A DNA stretch of 63,978 bases, counting the filler, from Craspedostauros australis (Eukaryota): assembly GCA_030167865.1 (NCBI GenBank). It is 6 parts of 6 records of this genome, joined end to end, with 100 filler letters (N's around TTAATTAATTAA, not from the genome) between each part and the next. Parts side by side here need not be neighbours in the genome. Positions count along the whole stretch, not along the records: positions 58,365 to 60,275 come from JALAGF010004585.1; positions 60,376 to 62,527 come from JALAGF010004587.1; positions 62,628 to 63,978 come from JALAGF010004606.1; 3 more parts are not named here. One strand, written 5' to 3'. The number at the start of each line of letters is the position of its first letter. The first letter of the stretch is position 1. The notes beneath the pieces were generated by a model, which did no database searches, was not told the DNA's origin, and saw only the letters and a list, made by a program, of their open reading frames with translations. Below, in pieces: positions 58,365 through 63,978 of this stretch. The position numbers and the translations under genes were made by a program.

Positions 58365-60275
58365 TTTCTTATTCCATTGTCTGGCACTCTGCACGAGTCC
58401 GTAGATGGTTTTCTTGAGCAGCAGACATTCGTCGGTTTCGTGCTTCATACCCTTCGGGCATTGCATGTAGATCTCCTCGTCGAGGTCACCGTGCAGGAAT
58501 GCTGTCTCGAAGTCGATGATGATGCTGTCTAGCTTCAATATCATCTTCATGGTGAGCATGATGCGGTAGGTTGCGTCATGTATCACCGGTGCGTGGTGCG
58601 CTGAGAAGTCGACTCCTGCGATTTGCGAGTATCCGCATGCCACGAGTCTGGCGCGGAATACCCCGTTTCTCTTTTCCTTGAAGACCCATTTGGTCTTCAC
58701 GCACCGCCGATCCCTCGGCATTCGGTCCTTCTTGATCTTCTCCCATACTTTCCTTCTGGCCATATCGTAGAATTCCTTGTTGATGGCCTCTCGCCATTTC
58801 TTTCTCTTACTGGGGTCCGCGTGGTCCCAGCAGTCCTCGAATGTGGTTGGATCTAGCAGCATAGCGATGCTCGCTAGTTCCATCCCATCNTCATTCCGTT
58901 CGTTGTTCAATGCTTGGTCCGCAGTGATGATATCGTCGAGTCTCATCATTCCGTGAGGTGTATCTATCATCATACCTGCGATATCTCTGTTGAATGTTGA
59001 CCCGTCCGCGTGGAAGTCGGGTCCTCCTGTGTCCGATGGGGATGCGATGGTCTCTTGGGGTGTCTCGTACCCTTCGTCTGTATTTGGTTCTGATTCATCG
59101 CTCGATTCGAGGTCTCGCTCCTCCTCTGGAATGGGTTCTTTGTTGTACCCTGCGAGAGCACTCACCATCCTTGGTACGCGTTGCACAGGCTCTGCGATAG
59201 GGGTCTGCTCCGGTCCACGATTGGCCTCTTCATTTGCTCTCCCCTCATCGTCCCTTCCGAATTCGTCGCCGTCATTATCGTTCGACTCATTTTCCCCTTG
59301 GGTGGGGAGCAAGTCATCTTGCCCTCGNNNNNNNNNNNNNNNNNNNNNNNNNNNNNNNNNNNNNNNNNNNNNNNNNNNNNNNNNNNNNNNNNNNNNNNNN
59401 NNNNNNNNNNNNNNNNNNNNNNNNNNNNNNNNNNNNNNNNNNNNNNNNNNNNNNNNNNNNNNNNNNNNNNNNNNNNNNNNNNNNNNNNNNNNNNNNNNNN
59501 NNNNNNNNNNNNNNNNNNNNNNNNNNNNNNNNNNNNNNNNNNNNNNCACGTCTCTCGTGATTAGGATCTTAGTTGTTGCGAGGTTCAGCATTCGATACAC
59601 TCCCTTCGCGTGTGACTGGCCGTATCCAACGAACATGGCTGGTCTAGATCTGTCATCCAGCTTCGCCTTTATCGTGCGACCTCCGATGTACACCATGCCT
59701 ATTTCCCCGAAAACGCGTAACCCATCCACGTAAGTTGGGATCCGGTTGTTGAACAGCACGCATGCTGGTTCTCTCGTTTTCGTCCCGATGATATTCTCNA
59801 GTTGGGTAGCGGTTCTGGCCGCCTCGGCCCANAATTTTCCTNGGNCATTTTTCGGCAGGTGCGTCTGGTTGAGCATGGCTCGGACTTTCCCGTACAACGT
59901 GGAGAATTTTCTTTCCACGCGACCGTTCTGTTGCGGCGTCGATGCCGCAGTGTACTCGAACGTTGGACCGAACCCTGCGACGAGCAGTTGCTTCTCCGCG
60001 GAATAATTTTCTCCTGCGTTGTCACATCTGATAATTTTCACTCGTGTTTGCTGATTGGCGTGGAGCCACTTAAGCAACAGAATCATTTTTGTTCCAACCT
60101 CACTCTTCTCCTTCAAGAAATAGCTCCAGCAGTAGTCACTGTAATCATCGAGGACTAGGAGCCAATATTTTCCTTGTCCGTAGCTGTGTGACTGGACACT
60201 TGATGTGTCAATGAACAGTCGATCACCAACCCCCTTCGCTCGTGATTGGAGTTTCTTCGTCATGGCCTTCTGCCT
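58365..60275 (-). mobile_element. Ty1/copia LTR retrotransposon internal pol fragment (integrase + start of RT)
   Basis: Integrase LFID, LDDYSDYCWSYFLKEKS, IRCDNAGEN and TPQQNGRVER. SH3-like KLDDRSRPAMFVGY. RT KTKWVFKEK..RARLVACGYSQIAGVDF, DFETAFLHGDLDEEIYM and LKKTIYGLVQSARQW. IN precedes RT, the copia order. LTRs are not visible because of gaps. Confidence 0.95.
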
Positions 60276-60377
60276 NNNNNNNNNNNNNNNNNNNNNNNNN
60301 NNNNNNNNNNNNNNNNNNNTTAATTAATTAANNNNNNNNNNNNNNNNNNNNNNNNNNNNNNNNNNNNNNNNNNNNGC

Positions 60378-62527
60378 ATCCAGACCCTCAAAACGAACGC
60401 CACCGTCATCTACCAGAACAAGGGTTTCACCAACTTCGACGATGCCTTGGACAAGTCCATCGACTATTTCATCGAGCGAGAGAACGACCCGACCATCAAC
60501 TTCGACGAATGGACCAACCTCATGGTCTTCCTGTCCGACGGAGTTCCCAACATTCGCGGTGACGGAGACGAAGAGCCATTCTGCGACCACGGCATCAGGA
60601 ACTTGAACTGCAACAGCCGAAGGGCCAGGAACAAGGCTGACACCGATGACACCCTGCCATGGGAGTCTGGCGAGCTCTCCTTCTGCATGTCCGGCGACGG
60701 TGATTGCTGGGACAACAAGTACAAGCCATGTGTGCTCGGATCCACATGCGAGGGTGATCGGTCCGTCAAGATGTTCCAGAGCGAATTCGACAGATTGGAC
60801 AAGTTCGGGCCGGAGGGAGTCAAGCGAATTTCCATCGGCGTGGGCAAGGCCAGCGACAACAGCATCGGAAGCGGTCTGTACTTGATCGATAACAACCCAT
60901 TGAAGAAGACCTTCCCCGACCTACTCCCACCGGTCGTCACCACCACTGATGCCCTGGCCAACCTCCTCAGAAACTTGTGCTACGAAAACACGGCCAATCC
61001 AACCGACCTCCCATCCTCCAGCCCTACGTCGGTCCCATCCAGCACCCCGACCAACTACCCGACGCACATGCCAACCGCCACGCCAATCAGCGGACCGACC
61101 TCCGCGCCCACCAGCATCCCGACTTCCGGACCAACCTCCGCACCAACGAGCAACCCAACCGAAATGCCTTCCGACCAGCCCACTGACGACCTGTGCGAGT
61201 ACACCGTCCTTGACTTTGAGGGTGAGGGTGGCATGGCGCTGCCAGAGACTTGGTCCAACACCTACGGAATGCGCATCATGTCCATGACCTCGGACGGCGC
61301 AGGCAACTTGGCCTATGTCGAAACGGATGACGTCGAGGCTGGAGTCGCCCTCGCGGTGCCGAATCCAAACTCCGTCGTCGATGAGATGAACCCAGACGGT
61401 GGATCCATCATGATCAACCAGGACCTCACCCAGGACAAGCACATGCGCCTCAGCCTGTTTGGTACGGACCAGGAATTCAAGATCATCCGCAGATCCAGAG
61501 AAACTACCGCTTCTGGTGAAGTCATCTCCACNGTTGTGTCAGTCGACGAGTACGACGCGTTCAGTGGCGTGAAGGAGTTCAAGGTTGCCGTGGATGGAAT
61601 TTTCCAGATCGAGATCCAATTCGAAGGACGTGGCAGTCTCTCCAAGCTCCAGATCTGCCGCAACCCCAACAGCACCCCAGCACCATACGGCCTTGCCACC
61701 AATGGTTCCACCGACACGCCAACCACAACCCCAACATCCAGCACAACGGCTCCAACCAGCATGCCAACGTCTGAACCAACTGCCCAAGCGGATGAGCCAA
61801 CCAGCGGACCAACGAGCGGACCAACCAGTGCCCCAACTAGTGCACCGACCGCCCAAGCGGATGAACCAACCAGCGGACCCACTTCAGCGCCAACTACCAA
61901 CTCAGTGGAGGAAACTTCGGAGCCAACCGTCGGCGAGGACGACGGCGAATGCCCATCAGGCGCCACTGTCTACAACAGCAAGGGAAACACTCAGTTCCTG
62001 GAGAACCCGATCGATGTCGTCTCCTACGATGACACCACCGTCACATTCAAGGTGAAGCAGACCTGGACGGAGACAGTCGGATACGTGTACACCGACTACC
62101 AAAAATCCCTCTTCGACAGCGAGTGCGTCTTGTTGGAAGATGTCAACTGGAACGCCGGCGAGATCTTCACAGCCACCTGCATGGAATCAATCAACGCCGC
62201 AGTTGTGGACATCTTCGTCTCCGATCCATCCTTCGACAGCGTCCTCGACGACGCCGAGATTCCTCAGTGCTGCCAGAAGCCGGCTGATGCCAACTACCCC
62301 ACCATCCAGTACACATTCGAGATCAAGTGCAACGACCCATGCCCAGCCGCAGCCCGAAAGCTGGCCACTGACGCCAACAAGGGTGATGAAGTCACTGGCG
62401 GATACGCCAAGAAGACTGTTTCCAAGCACGCGATCGAAGCTAAGACTGACGCCACCAACAACACGGTCAATGATCACTACTGCAAGCCAAGCGAGCACCC
62501 ATGTGGCGACAACCCCAACATGGTCAA
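60378..62527 (+). CDS. Extracellular/cell-surface multidomain protein fragment: vWA domain, PTS(A/G)PT mucin-like repeats, Cys-rich diatom-type module, RKL site; both ends in gaps
   Basis: GFTNFDDALDKS..YF, LMVFLSDGVP and RISIGVG form the C-terminal part of a vWA domain. Two Pro/Thr/Ser repeat blocks. CPSG...IDVVSYDDTTVTFKVKQTW...FTATCM...AVVDIFVSD...IPQCC...YTFEIKC module, then AARKL. Confidence 0.8.
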
Positions 62528-62942
62528 NNNNNNNNNNNNNNNNNNNNNNNNNNNNNNNNNNNNNNNNNNNNTTAATTAATTAANNNNNNNNNNNNNNNNN
62601 NNNNNNNNNNNNNNNNNNNNNNNNNNNCAACACTTTGTGTTGATCTATCGTGGGCGATCATTTGCACGCCGCGAATTCGCATCTTTGCTGTTTCGTAAAT
62701 ACAGTTGTATTCGTATGTTACCGCAACCCCACATGAATATTGTTCTCATCGAATCAAACTAGGACCACCTATTCCGTTGTCGGTGTGAAAGATCTTCCCT
62801 TGGCGTCCAATTCTCGCTTCCTGCTCTCGCGCATCAGCACATCAGCATGTTGGCACATCCACCAAAATCATTCATCGGAAACAACCGCACAAGGCCACCG
62901 AGCACACCAGCGATTGCACCATCATCCGTTTCAAGACCCAGC

Positions 62943-63733
62943 ATGTCAGCTTGGGGCAAGGGCGGAACCGCTCGCTCCTGCGATGCGTTGCTGNGCAAGG
63001 TGGAGCAGGATGACCCTCGATTGCAGGAGTTGGTGATTCTGTCGAGCAAGACGTTCAGCGCCGCCGATGTGGAGCGTCTCTGCAAGGTGATTGGTGCGTC
63101 AGCGTGCTGCTCATGTCTGTTGCTCTGTCGACTGTTCTGCTGTGTGAGCTGTTTTGTTGATCTGATGATTTATTCCATGAGGATTGCCGCCGCGTTCTGC
63201 TACAATGGGATATCGTCTCCATTCTCCACAATCCGCTCCAATCGAGGCCGCTTATTCTTTGTTTTTGTTTTGCAACACCAACAACAAAACCAATCTCATC
63301 ATCTCTTCTCTATTGCCCTGATCCATCATCTTTTTTGCCGAACCTTACTCGTGCACATTTCCCTTTTGGCGCACGTCGCTTGCGTGTCGGTCATGACGCT
63401 GTGCTTGGCTACATCCCGCATACGATGCTGTATGTAATCTCCCGCACTCTCCCGCAACCTGCGTCTGTGACGATACGCAGAAAACGGGACAAACACACAT
63501 CTCATCAGCCTCAGCGCATCTGGCCATACCATCTCGCCTCCAATGCTGCAGCGCCTTGGAACCGCTCTATCCCGGGGGAAGTCNAAGATCACATCACTGG
63601 CGATTGGCGACAAGGACATGGGCGATGATGGCGTCTGCGCGCTGTGTGATGGCCTTGCTGGAAATTGCGGGGAGAGTGCATGTGACGACGGCAAGCATAC
63701 CTTGGAGAACCTGGATCTGAGTTGGAAAGGATT
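62943..63733 (+). CDS. RNI-like leucine-rich-repeat protein, 5' part (exons 62943-63093, 63481-63733; continues past another GTGAGT donor)
   Basis: VEQDDPRLQELVI, NTHLISLSASGH, ITSLAIGDKDMGDDGVCALCDGL and LENLDLSWKG are RI-like LRRs. The G|GTGCGT...GCAG|AA splice keeps frame. Confidence 0.7.
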
Positions 63734-63978
63734 GTGAGTGCTTCTGCGGTAATGTCATTGGGAAAGGTAGAGCGAGTCTGCGCTGAGTCCGTTCCTGCGT
63801 CGTTGCGCCGGCTCTACGTCATAGCAGACGATGTCACAATGTGGTTCGGTGTGATAAGCTGCATTGTGCTACCATTGGAAGTGTGACGCCATCTGTTGAC
63901 TATTTTGACAATTGCCAATGTGCCGCATATACCATTGCTGACGAAGCATTTCAACTGCGGAACTGTCGATGTGCGATT

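Noticed and set aside
61000..61900. Regular short repeats that could be mistaken for a CRISPR-like array
   Set aside because: Degenerate in-frame PTSAPT/PTSGPT coding repeats; no constant repeat-spacer structure, no cas genes, and a eukaryotic context.

Overview
Eukaryotic draft-assembly sequence, most consistent with a (probably pennate) diatom nuclear genome: compact genes with short GT-AG introns, bipartite signal-peptide/ASAF-type plastid presequences, RxL-type proprotein sites and Ty1/copia and non-LTR retroelement fragments. It is several contigs joined by N runs, five carrying an artificial TTAATTAATTAA linker, so adjacency across those joins is not proven. I can support about 19 host genes: MORN coiled-coil protein, arrestin-fold protein, atypical Ssz1/HSPA14-like Hsp70, IBTK-like RCC1 protein, secreted Cys-rich proprotein, plastid HAD-like protein, FHA-RING E3, ARMC6, ankyrin protein, PRL1/PLRG1, lumazine synthase, a ~1,700-aa orphan, lumenal FKBP, SLC34 Na+/Pi transporter (partial), two LRR/RNI-like proteins, HBS1, and a vWA/PTS-repeat extracellular protein (partial). 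There are also four or five TE relics of apparently different ages. No rRNA, tRNA or CRISPR array was recognised. The best leads are: (1) a secreted proprotein in which RRRL sites excise a 38-aa C-C-CC-C-C peptide from between two 3-Cys flanks; (2) a duplicated CGAATCTnnnATGAATC element upstream of the phosphate transporter; (3) four PPxGWGKP repeats in the HBS1 N-terminus. All family calls are from motif recognition by eye; no searches were run.
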